Positions 13,641 through 29,032 of a DNA stretch of 64,000 nucleotides are shown here, in pieces. Each line of letters begins with the position of its first letter. The first letter of the stretch is position 1. The stretch spans positions 18,476,001-18,540,000 of the forward strand of contig CM022672.1 of the NCBI GenBank assembly GCA_012295275.1. Direction: 5' to 3'. Source of the DNA: Chrysomallon squamiferum. Taxonomy: Eukaryota; Animalia; Mollusca. The notes beneath the pieces were generated by a model, which made no database searches, had not been told where the DNA came from, and was given only the letters and a program-made list of their open reading frames with translations. The position numbers and the translations under genes are program-made.

Positions 13641-14870
13641 TCTGCACCAGTTATTTGAACAAATTTTTTAACGCAGCTTTTCGGTGTGTGTGTGTGTGTG
13701 TGTGTGTGTGACACCGGCAAACATGCTTCAGCAGCTTAATTCTACAGTGAAAACAAAATATATCGAGATACAGTTTTTGCATGCTGATACTAATTTGTCC
13801 TAGTGCCAGATTGTTGTTGTTGTTGTTTTTATCTCTAAATAATTGGTAATCTTCAAGTTTAATATTCCAGTTCACTTTTTCTCTGTCAGCATTCAAAACA
13901 GATATCCTGGTACAGACATTTTAAGCTGACATATGTTTTGCCTTTTTTGTCCCAATATTATGTTGATGTTGTTGTTGTTGTTGTTGTTGTTGTTATCTCT
14001 AATTAATTAATAATCGTTTAATATTCTAGTCAAGTAAATCTCTTGAAAACTAAATATGAAAAGACAATTAATGAACATAATAAAAAATAGTAATAAAAAA
14101 AATAATAATAATAATAAAATACAATTTTTTTTATTTATTTAATTAGCAAAAAAGATAATAAAAAACAGATAACAACCTAAAAACCAGAAGCCTTTTATAT
14201 CATTAAAAGAAAAAAAACAATAGGACATAAAAGTGATTATAAAAAAAAGACCACATCAATTTTAGTTGTGTTATGATGAAACCGCCAATCGAAAATGACT
14301 TGTTTGCGCTTCTTCATTTCCACTGTAAACATTAATTCTATTCTAAATTTATCACGAATACTTCGTCTTCTGCTGAAAAAAAAAAAAAAAAAAAAATTTC
14401 ATCAATGCGTAATCTGCGGTCGATGAATCGATATATCGAGATAAAGACGATTATTGAAAACAATGTCAGCAAAGCGTTTTGTATTCTTAACTCGGCGAAG
14501 CGATTTAATGAGATAGTGAAGTGCGTTTAGCCAACGTAAATCGCATTAAGGAAAGGGCAAAACAATAAACGAAAACCTTAGGGAGGATAAAACGGTTAGG
14601 AAAGAGAATAAAAGAGACAGAGGAAGCAAGAATACAAGAAAGAGGAGAGAATAGAAGCAGAATGACAAAAACGTAACGTGACGTGAAATTTTATAGATAA
14701 GACGTGATGGAACATGGAAATTAAGTTATCTTTGTTATTATTATAGTTGTTGTTGTTGTTGTTGTTGTTATTATTATTATTATTACTATCATCATCGTCA
14801 TTATTAATACTACAGTTATCATCATCATCATATTATTATTATTATTATTAATACAGTTGTATCATTATCA

Positions 14871-14935
<65 letters not shown>

Positions 14936-15531
14936 GAACAGGTTCTTTTATTTGTTATTATCATTTCCATTATAATCACTATTGTAGATAAAACCAACTA
15001 ACGTTAATCTATATGGATATAATCTGCATAACTGGTCATTTAACAGTGCTTGTATTACATTTTATAGTAATAATTTTATTATCATCGTTTTCACAATCAT
15101 TGTCTTTAGTATCCATATCATCATCATCGTCGTCGTCAACATCATGTATCTGATAACCACGAAGCCAGCTGGTGTCATCATTTAAAATATAAACATAGCA
15201 AATGATTAATACGTTGCAGAATAGAATGATATAAAATATTATTTTTAAAATAAGAAGAAAAAAGATCAAAATCGTGTAAAAATATATTAAGGCAGTAATT
15301 TGAAAAAAAAAAAAAATATATATATAAATTACAGCATTTTTGCTCTACTTAAAAAAGAAGAAAAAAACCCTATATGAATGAAGTATAGAAATGTTTTTGA
15401 AATATCGAAACTGACAAAAAAAGAGTTTACACCACGACATTTCATACAGTGTTCTTTATTTCTCGTTTTTCATGTCCAACTCAGAAAATCTCGACTGAAT
15501 GTTTTTTTTTTCTTCTTTTCATAAGAATATT

Positions 15532-15565
<34 letters not shown>

Positions 15566-18214
15566 ATAATACTACTTTAAAAATAGATGTAATAATTTTT
15601 AAAGCCCAATTTTTTTTTTTCTTTTTTTTTTTATTCCTCTTTCTCAAAATTAAGCTCTTCTGCTTGCGGCCAAATACGCATAATGATTTTTACAATCCAT
15701 GTTATTGTCACACATATTAATCACCACAGCCTGTACACCAGTGCACTGAAAGATAAAAAATAAAATAAAAAATGCATGCACTGGTGTGATAAAAACGCCA
15801 AACTATATTTAAACTGGATCAAAAATTCCTCGGTAAACGAACGCGATATTTAGTAACGATAATAGCAGCGATCTTGCAAAAAAAAAAAAAAACATTGCTT
15901 GAGGAATCCGTGTTGAGAGATTTCGTGTTAGAAGTAACGTGTATAGAACACGGAGGAGAATACAGCATTAGCACGCCTGAGTCGCAATAACGAGAGAGGA
16001 CGGCCTGAAGCTGCAATATCTCCCATCTTCGACAATAAATTAATATTCCGAGGCGTCGATGCCTTATTTAATCCTTTTCTAGTCTCCGGGCCGTTTTTCA
16101 GAGCTCCTCGTGGTTTTTCTTACATCGTTACTGTATGGGTTTGCTTAGCGATCACACTGTTGTGTTATAATATTAGAGAAGAAAAAAAATAAAAAAAGTA
16201 AAATAATCGTCGATGTAATTGCTGGCTTATAATCATCATAATCATCACTATTTTCATCTTTGAATAATGGTTTATTTTGTCTTTTTAATAATTATGAAAT
16301 AGATTAGTTTTATTGTTATTAATTTATTTTTTTTTTTTTTTTTTTTTAATACGGTAACGTTAATAATGTAATCTGAGGAAGATAATGATAATAAATTAGT
16401 AAGAGTTAATAACTTTGGTAATATAAGTATTATAGTCTAGTGATGTAATGTTAGTAATGTTAACAAAGCAGTCTAAATAACAACAACAACAACAGTAATA
16501 ATAATAAGAAGAAGAAGAAGAAGAAGAAGAAAGAACATTAATCCGAACTTGATATTACGTAATGTTAACAACAAACTGTTAAAAATGAAATCTGAATAAT
16601 GAAATTTAATGCTAATGAGACATTCCTGCGAAAGCTGGTAACGTTACTCATTAAGTATTAATAATTCTGGCAATGTTAGCATTATGACTGTAATAGAAAA
16701 ATGATAATAATAATAATACAAAAATGAATATCTTGTATGACGCCATCCCACCACACAATGTCGTCACAGTGTTAAGTGATTGAACGCTCGCATTCCATGA
16801 CAACCATTGGTCGTCTTGTTAACACTCGGAGCCGATAATGGAAAGAGTTGACACCGTGTTATGAGAGGAAGGCACAGCCGTTATTTTTCATCACCGAGGC
16901 AAACGATAGTCAATTAGCCAATGCGACACGGTATGCACGGGAATGGTTTCAGAAGCTTTCATGAATCTAATGACAGATCTGACTGCAAAGCAGCGCCAAT
17001 CGATAGTAGACCAATATCCCAACACGATTCCGAAAACAGATATAGAACGGAAATACGTAACGAGTCCACATTCCATGACCGCTGTTCACAATCTCGGCTT
17101 TTTTTTTTTTTTTTTTGTCTTCTTTTTTTTTTTTTTCTGTCTTCGACAAATCCATTGTTGTTCTTTTAATTGTTTTTATATTTTTTCAATTTGTATTTAT
17201 TTGTTATTTCTATTTATTTGATTCACTGTGTTCATGTTCGAACTTGTATTTGTTGTATGAAAATATCGTGGTTCAGTGCTATTCAGAGGTTGTTTTTATT
17301 ACTTTGGTTGTTATATCTATTCTATTGTATTCTGCTTATTTCTTTATACTAACATAAATTATTATCACACAAAATAATCATATTTACTGCAGCACAGACC
17401 AAAAAATCTGTGTATATCAGTCTGTATGTATCATACGCCTGAAAGCTGCAGTACATTTCAATGACTTATTTAATTAATAATGACTGTGATTTTTGCATTC
17501 ATTTATATTATCTATTGACCGACCACCTGTCTGTTTCTGTTTCAAGACAGACAGACTGATAGATAGAAAGACAGATAAATAAATAAATAAATAAACGAAA
17601 ATGAATTTTAAACAAATAACTACAATCTAAAAGAATCCGTAATTTTTCAGTTTATAAAAATACATCAATTCAGGATCAAATCAACAAAATAGTAATAGCA
17701 ATAAATGCAAGAAAAAAAAAAAATCATTTGTTTTTGTGGCATTCAGGTTTTAATTTCTTTCTTTCTTTCTGGCTTTCTTTATTTCTTTCTTTATTTATTA
17801 TTACTATTATCATCGTCATCATCATCATTATAATTATAATAATAATAATAATAATTATTATTATTATATTATTTTATTATTATTGATTTTATGTGTAGTA
17901 TTTAGTTTCTTGGTGATAGATGAATCCACTAAGCGACACTAATTTGGGACTAAATTGAATTAATATTAAGAATCTAAAACAGCATTTAAAAAAATATCCA
18001 AAACATGATTATTAAATTCATAAATTTGTTTTCTAGTCGTTTTATTAAAAGGCTTGATTTATTTTTTAATATCTTCGTTTTTATTTATTTATTTATTAAT
18101 TTAAAAAGAGCGAGAGAGAAAAAACAAACAAAAGAAAGATAGAGAGAGATTAAATAAATGATTAAATTTTATTATATTTAATAACTATTAAATTTGTTTT
18201 TGTTTCTTTTTTCT

Positions 18215-18291
<77 letters not shown>

Positions 18292-19161
18292 AAAACACTG
18301 ATTTAATTTGATTATTTCCCACCCCCCTTCATTATGTATTAATTAATTAATTTATTAATTTGTTGTAACTGTTTGTTGTTGACGCATAATCATTTAACTT
18401 AATATAGAGCGAAATTCGTTTTTTTTAATTTTTTTTACTTCATATTTTTTTTTTGTTTCCTTCTTGTTGTTTGCCTCTTCTTCATTCAAGGGAAATCAAC
18501 ATCCCATGTTATCAAACTATCGATTTCTTATCATTTTTAGACCCTAGCGTCACATCCATTACAAAAATCAACTACTGTTGCGTTAAGTTAAATTATTCCA
18601 TAACAAGCAAACACTGAACTCGAGGGCTGCTGGAGAATGAATTCGTTCGACTTCAGCTGCTGCGATAAACGCAGTGCGTTAAAGAAATTAAAAAACAAAA
18701 CTATTATGTTGCAAGCATAGGTTAAAGACTTTGGGAATGAAGATAATCATAACGCTACTAATGTATATTATTATTACTGTTTTAATGCGTTTTTAACGAC
18801 GTCAAACGTTGATCACTTTGATAAGATTTGTTTTTATTTAACAGAAATACCGAGGAGTTATTTTACGAAATAATGCGTTACGAACGAATTTGAAATGAAA
18901 GAAAGAAAAAGAAAAAAAAAGAAGAAAAACGTGAAAGAAAAATAAATAAATAAATAAATAAATAAATGAAATAAATAGGTTCAGAGCAATAAAATGCAAA
19001 GCGTTAAATAGCTGCACTGTAAAGGTAATATTTTTCGTTTTAGTGGAGGACATAAAATAGAGAAGCAGTAAAAGGAATTTGTTTAAAAAGTAAATTTAAA
19101 AAATTAGAGAACGAAAAAAAGAAGAGGGAATACATTTAGTGATCTAATTTATCATTTCATA

Positions 19162-19201
<40 letters not shown>

Positions 19202-19536
19202 AAAAGGAAAAATCCAACTGATAACTTGAGATTTAAAAAAAAAGAAGTGAATATGGTATCGCTTGAAAAAAATTACGAATATGAATATTTTCATGAAAAC
19301 ATACAAGACTAAAAGCAATGTTACAAGAAAAATGAATTTACGCATTAAGAATTTGCAGAAGAAACAAAGAAAAAATAAAAGAAAAAGGAGACGACAGTAG
19401 AATTAACACAGTTAGAAGAAGATGACGAAGAAACAAGATTAAAAAGAATTTAAAAAAAAAAAAAAAAAAAATAAAAAAATAAAAACTTAGTTAATTCAGC
19501 GGAAATTCGAAGAATGCACGACTGAGATTAAAAAAG

Positions 19537-19568
<32 letters not shown>

Positions 19569-19854
19569 AAAATGAAGAAATTAATAAAAGACAATTAAAT
19601 ATTCGCTTAACGTCTCCTGAATACATTTCGTTGTTAACTGCTTTTTGCGTCGAACATGATCTTTTCTTCTTCTTCTTCTTCTTCTTCATCATCTTCTTCT
19701 TTTTTTCTCTTTAAAATTTTATTACTATTACTTTTTTGAAATTTGAATTCTGTTTCTTCAGTTGTTTAATCATTACAAGGAAGAATAATGTCGCTGTAGG
19801 GGTTATTCTTACAGATTAGCGCAATAATCTTTCGCTTGGACCTTCTCTTAAACA

Positions 19855-20143
19855 GAAAGAAAGAAATGTTGTATTTAATAACGCACTCTGAACCATTTTT
19901 TTTTTTTGGTGTACAATCATACAGAGCCGGTTTTAACGAGTGGAAACCTCCACTTCATGAAACAGTGTTTTCCGATTAGCAGCAAGAAATGTTTTTATTT
20001 GCACCATCCCATAGAGCGGATCGTATGCCATGCCCTTTGTTACACCTTTGTTGGAACGATAAGTATAGCAATAAAGGTCCGGCAAGAGGGATCGATCCGA
20101 CATTCCGCACCATCTTCACATACATGGAAGTATATACCACTGG
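19855..20143 (-). mobile_element. tRNA-derived SINE, family A (Nin/Deu-domain-like), near full length and degenerate
   Basis: Minus strand reads A-box-like CCAGTGGTA, B-box-like GGATCGATCC, core ATGGGATGGTGCAAATAAAAACATTTCTTGCTGCTAATCGGAAAA and a (TTTC)n tail. The core is shared with 43244-43290. Family name is from recalled similarity, not a search. Confidence 0.8.
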
Positions 20144-20293
20144 TTTTTTAGAAAACAATACAAATGCTAGGCACTGGAAAAGGCTTGTCTTTGGCAACAA
20201 GTGAGGAATTTAATAAGAAGAAAAATCAAGAGAGTAAGAATCAGATGATAAAAAAATAAAAATAAAAATAATACAAAATAAACAAATAAATCA

Positions 20294-20340
<47 letters not shown>

Positions 20341-20699
20341 CGGAAGAAAAGATAATCTTAAATATGTTGGGTGACAAGGTTTCGGTCTTGATAAAATAAA
20401 CATTACAAATGGATGGATCGATATTTGTCTTTAGCACAGCAAAACGCAGTGAACGCCGTGCGGTTTCTCCCAATCGAGATTTTCGTCGCTGAATTATGCA
20501 AAAATGTCGACTTCGTTAGTTGTCGCGTTAACATGAAATAACGCAGCACGGGCCCGCCCGAATCTATCTGTTCCGCGGTCTTTAATCAGCCCTTTATTGC
20601 CTTGTCTTGAAAGCTTAGTTAGGAACAATCAATTCCCTCGGCTTCTACCGTAATAAAGAATAATAATGTCGCATGCAAAGTGAATCCATTTATCCATAT

Positions 20700-20842
<143 letters not shown>

Positions 20843-20996
20843 AAAAACCCGTTTTCAGACACACAGGACAAAGTTATTGAACCTTTGGTGATACAAGAAC
20901 AGCAGTTTGTGTGTAAGAAGAACACCGGAATTTCTGGTTGTATGTTATATTTTTTGGTCGCTGTTAAAAAGATCGTGTTTTGCTTTTTTTCTAATT

Positions 20997-21033
<37 letters not shown>

Positions 21034-21232
21034 TGTTCTTAGTGATGCTTTTTCCTTTATTATTAATCTCAACCTGACTTTGATTTCTGTTATTGGTGTT
21101 TCTGTCTAATGAAGCCAGAAAATTAGATTCTTTCTTTCTTTCGTGCAGTATTTTCTTATTTCATTAACTTTTTTTTGTTTTGGTTTATTCCAATCTGTAT
21201 TCGTCTGTGTGTGTGTGTGTGTGTGTGTATAG

Positions 21233-21272
<40 letters not shown>

Positions 21273-21288
21273 CTCTGTAATTTCTCTG

Positions 21289-21326
<38 letters not shown>

Positions 21327-21762
21327 AAAAAAAAAACCAACAACATATTTCCGAGCCATCTGAGTTAAACGAATTGAAGAGAAACTCTGCTTTGTGTGAT
21401 CCCATTCATTTCAGTTTGTTTGATATATCGCTGAACTTTCTCAAAGTGACTTCCCAGCAGCCAGGGAAAACACGATTTGTCAACAAATCAGTAATTCAGT
21501 AAACCACGTTTCACATCATAATGTATGTTGTAGACAGACGCATAAATATGGAACTCCGTGTGTGCGTTTCTGCATTTTATCGGGTTTCGGCTTTTCCTAG
21601 AAGTGAAATAGAAGGAGAAGAAATAAGAGAACGAAAGAGAAAAATGAGAGAGACAAAACGATAAAGAAAAAAGGATGAATAAAAAGAATAAGAAAAAAAA
21701 GAAAAAAAAAAAAAAAAACAGAACAAAAACAACAACAGTAAAAATAGCTATAACAACAAGAG

Positions 21763-22747
21763 TCAGATAGAAAATTAGTAAGAACAAGAATACACACACA
21801 CACACAGAGGCACGCACACAAAATATTAATAAAAAAAAGAATGGAACACAGCAACAACAGCAACAACAATGATAATGATAAAACATCATATTTCGGTCGA
21901 CAAGTCAGGAAATTCGGAGAGAGATAGAGCAGAGAAAATCAATCACATTATAACTTATCTGAGACTTCTATAACATCTGTTTTACCAAGTACTGCAAAAC
22001 GTTAGTGAAAGTCGATATACGGACGTTTATATTATTCACGACGTCATTAACAGTGTGTTGTAAATGACAACATTCATCTCGCTTCAGGAAATTCTAGAGT
22101 GCGCGTCAGCTTCAATTTATTTATATTTTTGAGTTTATTTTCATTTCTATGTTTCATTCTTTCTTTCTTCTTTCATCCATTCTTTATTTTCGTAATACTA
22201 CATTTATATTTGTTTATAATATGCTCTTTCTTTCCTTCTTGTTGACTATTATTTTATCGTTTTCCATCATTTTTGTTCCTTTTCATATGCTTTTCTTCTA
22301 TATTATGATCGTTATCTTCTCGTTATTATTCTAAATCGTATTTTCTTCTTCTTCCTTTTTCTTCCAAATTTTTAATGGGGTTTTTTTTCACCATTTCTTC
22401 TTTGCACAACGTATTTCGAAACAACAGACATTAGGCGTTTCTATGAATAATTTCATAGTGAGGTGATTTTTCGATGTCTCTCTCTCTCTCAGTAATAGAT
22501 GTTTTTAGATTAGACTGACGCAAACACAGAGAAATACTTTGTTGAGAAGTCTAAAGAACGAGTCAATGATTTCATTTGTTAAGAAATTTGTCGTAATATC
22601 AAAATAATGATTGTGTGTTTTAAACAGATGGACTTTGAATTCTAACAATTTCAGCAATGAAGTGGATGGTTGGATATGAGATGGATATACACATATACTA
22701 AGGATATATACATGAACGTATATATAACATAGATGCACTTATACATA
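21763..22747 (-). repeat. Right arm of ~0.95-kb inverted duplication (partner 10728-11657)
   Basis: E.g. GACAAGTCAGGAAATTCGGAGAGAGA at 21899 is the reverse complement of TCTCTCTCCGAATTTCCTGACTTGTC at ~11530-11555. Confidence 0.97.
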
Positions 22748-22801
22748 ATTATATTTCTATAGGGAGAATAACCTATATTTATTTCAAAATCAAAATGTTG
22801 T

Positions 22802-22804
<3 letters not shown>

Positions 22805-22887
<83 letters not shown>
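22805..22887. repeat. (GA)n microsatellite just outside the right inverted arm
   Basis: Directly visible; mirrors (CT)n at 10497-10612 outside the left arm. Confidence 0.95.
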
Positions 22888-22888
<1 letters not shown>

Positions 22889-23501
22889 GATAGCAAAGTA
22901 AATCTCGAATAATGTTGATGACATACATCAACATAAATCTCTTTATCTCAGATAATTCTTTAAAAAATATTTGTATTAGTCACTCGTCTCTTTATTCTTT
23001 TTTTTCTGCCACATTCTTCATTTTCCCATTTATCGTTTTTTATTTTTTTCGCCCACACACAATGCCGAGATGATTTTCAGTTTATTTCCCCATCAGTTTA
23101 TGTAATCACCATTCAGTCCTCAATTGGCGTTGGAAATGTCACTGTGCATTGACGTAACACTCACGTTTGACGATAAATCACCACTGACGTAAATCTCGAG
23201 TGCTTGCTGCGGCGATTTGCTGTGGAGTGTAGCTGATCAGTTGCAGGATATTGAAATGAAGGAATTTAATTTGTAAAAGATGTGTACATCAATTATTTTA
23301 GCGCAAGATTTGAATGCCGCCCGGAAAAGGTCAGCTTCTGAAGGAATTATGGGATTGGTGCTATTTTCTATGACACCGCCTCAGTTTATTCGTAATTTAA
23401 ATAAATTAGGTTCAAGCGAGCGTTCTGTTAACTAAAGTTACGTTACGAGGGTTAGTAAAAGTTTCGAGGCCTTAATTACGAAAGATATGGTTAAGAGAAA
23501 A

Positions 23502-23602
<101 letters not shown>

Positions 23603-26159
23603 TTAAGCAGTTAGGCTACTGTATCCATAAGGATGTGTTAACAAACTGAAATAATAACAGTTCATCTGCAAATCATGAATAAGGTGTCAACAGAGGCAGC
23701 AGCAGTTTCAAAGACGGGAACATCATCCTCTCTGAAGTTGACACTGTAGTATAATGCTTATAATTACGGAGGTTTCAATTAACTGTTCCGTGAGATATCA
23801 AACGACAGCGCTGTAGTCGGTTCTTTCGACTGAATCATCTCAACGGATTCCTGACCACTTTGGTGCCTGCAGGAATTCTGAGTGAGGACACGGTGTGCTG
23901 GTTCAACTGCAGCCTGCAGACGTGTACAGTGTTGTACTTAATGCGTGCTAAGTGTTGAGGGTGTGCTTCACACACTCTTCATAGTGAGACTGAGGATTTC
24001 TCAGACTTCCCGTTTTATTGTTCTCGTTAAAATCTCGTGTCACGCTGCTTTGCTGTTACAGTTTCATGACAACAGTGAGATTCTCATTAAAAATATGTAA
24101 CGGCCTGCACAGTGTTTTTAGACTTCAGAATATCGACATATTTCTCTTTCTTTCCAACGTCTTTAAGCTTTTGTACGTGTATCTCTTTCTATCTCTTTTT
24201 CCCATCTTTCTACATTTATCTCTGTTTCTCACATCTTTCTGTGTTTCTGCTCCACTTTTCCTCTTTCTTCTCCGCTTTCAAGGTGTGTCTATGTTGATTA
24301 CTGAAATTTTTATGTAAAATAAAATTTTAATATTGATCTTAATGTTCGGACGACTATGTTACTTGTAATGTAAAACAAAGAAATGTTGAAAGAAATTCAC
24401 TTGAAAAACCAAAACAGATACAAAAATTTACATTAATCACGCCAAGTAAATGATTTTGTCATTCTTTTATAAACAAAAATTAAATTATATTTTTTTATTA
24501 TTCGTTTCCTGTTTGTTCACATTTGTAACTTCTGATTCCAAGTGTATCTTGTAATCACATTAGAAACTTCCTTTAAAAATTGATTTTATTTTTTTTTATT
24601 TCAGTGTTTAAAAAAAACTTTGCCATGTATAATTATTATCACCATCTCCGTCTTTTTCTTCATCGTCTTCGCCTTACTAACGTCTGATCTTTAGACGTAA
24701 AGTGTAGCTGTTATATTCGCTCGGTTAGACTAATAAAAATGTCTTTACGTTTGAAAAATCTTTCTCGAATGACTCGACGTGAAAACGTGAAATAGAGGTA
24801 GAGGATCTTGGATTATATTTTGTTTCTTTCTGTCATTCCCGAGTTTTTGTTTTTTGGGAGTGGAATGGCAGATTATGAGTGTTCTGAAACCACAGAGACG
24901 TGTATATTGATTTGATGTCAAGACTTTGTCGTTGAAGTTTACATAAATCAGAATCGTGAAATTCCAGTCTTTACTTTTCACTGACAAAATTTGAAACGTG
25001 TGTAATAGAGGTAGAAAGATGTATGACATTGAAAAGACTCTCATATTTCACACAGTTCGCTAACCAGTCTTAAGAAAATCTCTCTTCTTTCTCATCCTCG
25101 CTGTCTCTCTAATTCTACCCTCTTTCTTTCTCTAATTCTTTCTTTCACTCTCTCTTTCTCTCTCTCTCTCTCTCTTTCTTTCTTTCGTTAACCATAACCT
25201 TTAGATTTCATCATGCACACTGATACACACTTGCTGTCAAAGTTTTATTTATTTATTTATTATATATATATTATATAAATAAAATATTTATTTTATTTAT
25301 TTTTATTTATTAGCATACAAATGAAATCCTAAGACACTGAAACGTGAATGAAATAAAATGTTCTTAGGATATGAAACAAATTGCAGTGACATTATAAACT
25401 ATCCAAAATGCAATAGAATTAAAACCAAACAAAAATACAATAATATTTGTTTTCGAACCCAAATACAATCATACTAAAAACGTGTACATGAGTCAAAATA
25501 CAATGATATTAACATATGAACTTAAAGAAAAACAACCACATCAATAGATGAGCCAAGGCATTAATACTAATATATTCAAAAATACAGTGACATTAAAATA
25601 TGATCCAAATAGCAATAATACTTGTATAGAAGAACCACAGCTTAATGACAGTATACATATTACATACATAAATCAAAACCAAATGACATTAAGAGAACGA
25701 TTTTATTATGCAATTCAGAACGCAGTAGTAGCAGCTTTACTTTTCAGAGTGCCATAACGCCATAACGCGAAGCCGGTAAATAATTATGGCTTTTTTATTG
25801 TTCTAAATAATAATCACCTTTCTCCTGGAACCATGGGAAAGGAAAAAAAAAAAAATAAAAATAATAATTTTAAAAGTTTCACGCTTCATCAGTGTTAAAT
25901 TTGATCGTAAGTAAACAACATCAGTAGAATCCATAAAACACATAATTCTTTTTTTGTTTGTTTCTTTTTTTAATTTCCTAAAACCATTAAATTTTAATCG
26001 ATTACTCTTTGCTTTCTCCGTGTTCAGCTTTTTTACTTTCTTCTTCTTAATAGTTTACCTTTCTCTTTTTTTTCCGATTTTCTAACTTTTAAACGATTAT
26101 ATATGTAATCGTTATATATTTTTCAAGTAAGAACAGTTTATTAATTGGCTATGAGGGTA

Positions 26160-26385
26160 GACCATAAATGTTTGGTAAGAGTAACCCATTAACTAGTGGT
26201 AAGAGTAACTCATTAATCGGTAGACCATAAATGTGTGGTAAAAGTGGCTCATAAATGTTTGGTAAGAGTAACCCATTAATTAGTGGTAAGAGTAGCGCAT
26301 AAATCGGTGGTAGGAGTAACCATAAATAGAAGTAACCCATAGACTGATGGTAAGGCTAATAGATAAACTGATCGTAATAGTAGCT
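26160..26385. repeat. Degenerate 24-bp minisatellite, ~8-9 copies
   Basis: Unit ~CCATAAATGTTTGGTAAGAGTAAC. Confidence 0.85.
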
Positions 26386-26580
26386 GTTAAAATGGTCATA
26401 ATAAACTGGACCAAATGTATGTAAGCCATACATGGGTAGTGTGAACATTGCTTGTAAGGATAGTTTACAAACTGGTACCATTGTTAGTCAAAATAAATAA
26501 ATAAATAAGTAAATAAGAGTAAATAAAATAAAATAAAATAAAATAAAATAAAATAAAATAAAATAAAATACAATAAAATA

Positions 26581-26612
<32 letters not shown>

Positions 26613-27265
26613 GAAAAAAAATAAAAACGAAAATGTAATTGATCCGCAAAAGGGTTTAAATAATCTTTATACTCATGCGGACCAGAAATAACCAGTAAAA
26701 AAACAACAACAACACAGCAACCGTTTATTTTCTGAAGCGCTGGTTCTCGAGACGCTAATTTGACATGTGATATTAGAAAACTATAGAATAAACAGAAAAT
26801 GCTCATCATACCTTCAAGCAAACATTCGTCCCCGTCTATATACATCGATCAGAAAGCTTCATTATTTATATCACACGTGAGATGAAAAATAGAGAATTGA
26901 AAAAAAAAAAAGAAAAAAGAAATCTTTCAAAAGCATCACGCCAGTCAATAAAGATATAAAATTTAAGCATGATTCCTTCTAAGAGAGTCTTCGCAAATAT
27001 TTAAGGATTTTGTTTTCACGCGGATTAAGCTAAATGGGTTGGTAGGGATTGGTGGAAAGGCGCTGGATGTAAAAGAATCACGGTAGAAGTTGGTGAACTG
27101 TTTATCGTTAAACTCGACAGCCAGATTTCTTCAGTTTGTAAGATAGTGTATGTCTCAGTAATGTTAGGTTAGGTTGCGTGTGCATGCATGTGCGTGTATG
27201 CGTATGTAAAATGTTGAAAAAAATATAAAATAATTTATCTTTTTAGTATGTAATAATAATAATAA

Positions 27266-27320
<55 letters not shown>

Positions 27321-27902
27321 AAAAACAAACAAAAAAACAAACAAACAAACAAACAAAAAAAAAAAAAAAGCAAAAATTAAAATAACACTAGAACATGCTT
27401 TCCTTTAACAAACATCACTGAGACTGCTGTTTTGTTATATTTCGAGTCGTTGTTTAAACATGTCACATTTCTTTACACCGTTATGTTGATACTTTAACAA
27501 CGTCTGTGCGTGAAACATTTCCGCTTAGCATTGGTTCAAAATGTGGGCCCGAAGCCGTGCGATTGAAAAAAGGCTTAAACGTATAATACACGTGATTCTC
27601 TTGTTTTGTTTTCAACTTACATGTATTTTTGTTCTCCTTTGCAAACACTGGTAAGAAAAGCCCTGCGGCTAAGAATTCGGTAATTGGTTAGTGAGTGAGA
27701 TTTAATATGCCATGCCTGATTATCTTGAAAAATGATTCGTGAAGCGATGACGTCACATGCTGACGGTTTTGTCTGTTAGTGATTTATATCCGTTGCTAGG
27801 AATCAAATGTGGAAGGGGAATATTTTTCGTTTTGATGGGATGCTGGATGATGGACTGTTGGAATATATATACGTGCATAATATGTTCAAACATAAACACA
27901 AA

Positions 27903-28050
27903 TACATCCATCCATCCATCCATCCATCCATCCATCCATCCATCCATCCATACATACATACATTCATCCATACATCCATACATCCATACATCCATACATA
28001 CATACATACAAACATACATACATACACACATAAATAGATACATACATAGA
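27903..28050. repeat. (CATC)n/(CATA)n microsatellite
   Basis: Directly visible. Confidence 0.93.
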
Positions 28051-28134
28051 TACATAAATATAAAGTCAGTAATAACTTTAATTTAAAAATACTAATGTGA
28101 TCTTTTTGTGTTTTCTTTTAAAAAAGTATTGTAA

Positions 28135-28168
<34 letters not shown>

Positions 28169-28429
28169 GTCATACAACATTCATGCACACAAACACAAAA
28201 TGATTTATTTTATTAACTTAGCATTTAAACAAGCCAAAAACAAAATTAAAAATTAATTTAGATGATCATTGAATAATCATCGAAATACATCCCTTATTTT
28301 ACCTTTCAGTCAAACTGTAAACCAGTACCAGGTAGTTAGTTAACTTCTTCACCCAATTCAAAGTTGTAAACTGTAGAGCTTGCAATATAACGTCAAACTG
28401 ATAAAACGATTTTTAAAACGCGTTTAATT

Positions 28430-28555
<126 letters not shown>

Positions 28556-28788
28556 GTTTTTCAGAGTTAGGTACCAAGCCGCGAACCGATGACTCTTCTA
28601 AGCAGCAGAAGAATATTTTAGGTTTTCACAAAAAGAAAGCGTGAAAGAAATGATTTTCCTCTTTTGACCAGTGATGTAAGAGGAATTTCGCCGTGTTTTT
28701 GTCTGTTGTTGGCTAATCGGCCTGACGCTGAAATTGATTGAACAACGCACAGCCGAGTTTTCCAACCATTCGCTTTGTGCCTTTGCAG

Positions 28789-28973
28789 GTTCACCGAGTG
28801 AATGTCTCGACTCCACCATTCTACGACTCCTCCAAAAGAACATCTTGTCTTGGCATCTGGAAGAGAAAAAGTCGAAGAAGAAGAAGCAGAAGAAGAACGA
28901 TAAATTTTTGAGCTTTCGGACAGGATTGTTGTTATAAGTGGATTTTAACTAGCAGTTCAATCGGAGGAGGGAG
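28789..28973 (+). other. Candidate non-coding (5'UTR/lncRNA) exon, 185 nt
   Basis: Acceptor CTTTGTGCCTTTGCAG|G (AG at 28787-28788) and consensus donor GAG|GTAAGT (28974-28979) in a GC-richer unique island. All three + frames contain stops. Confidence 0.55.
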
Positions 28974-28998
28974 GTAAGTGATTTCGTTTTGAGCTGAT

Positions 28999-29032
<34 letters not shown>

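Noticed and set aside
26428-26446. Partial match to miR-71 (CATGGGTAGTG)
   Set aside because: Seed region absent and no precursor hairpin.
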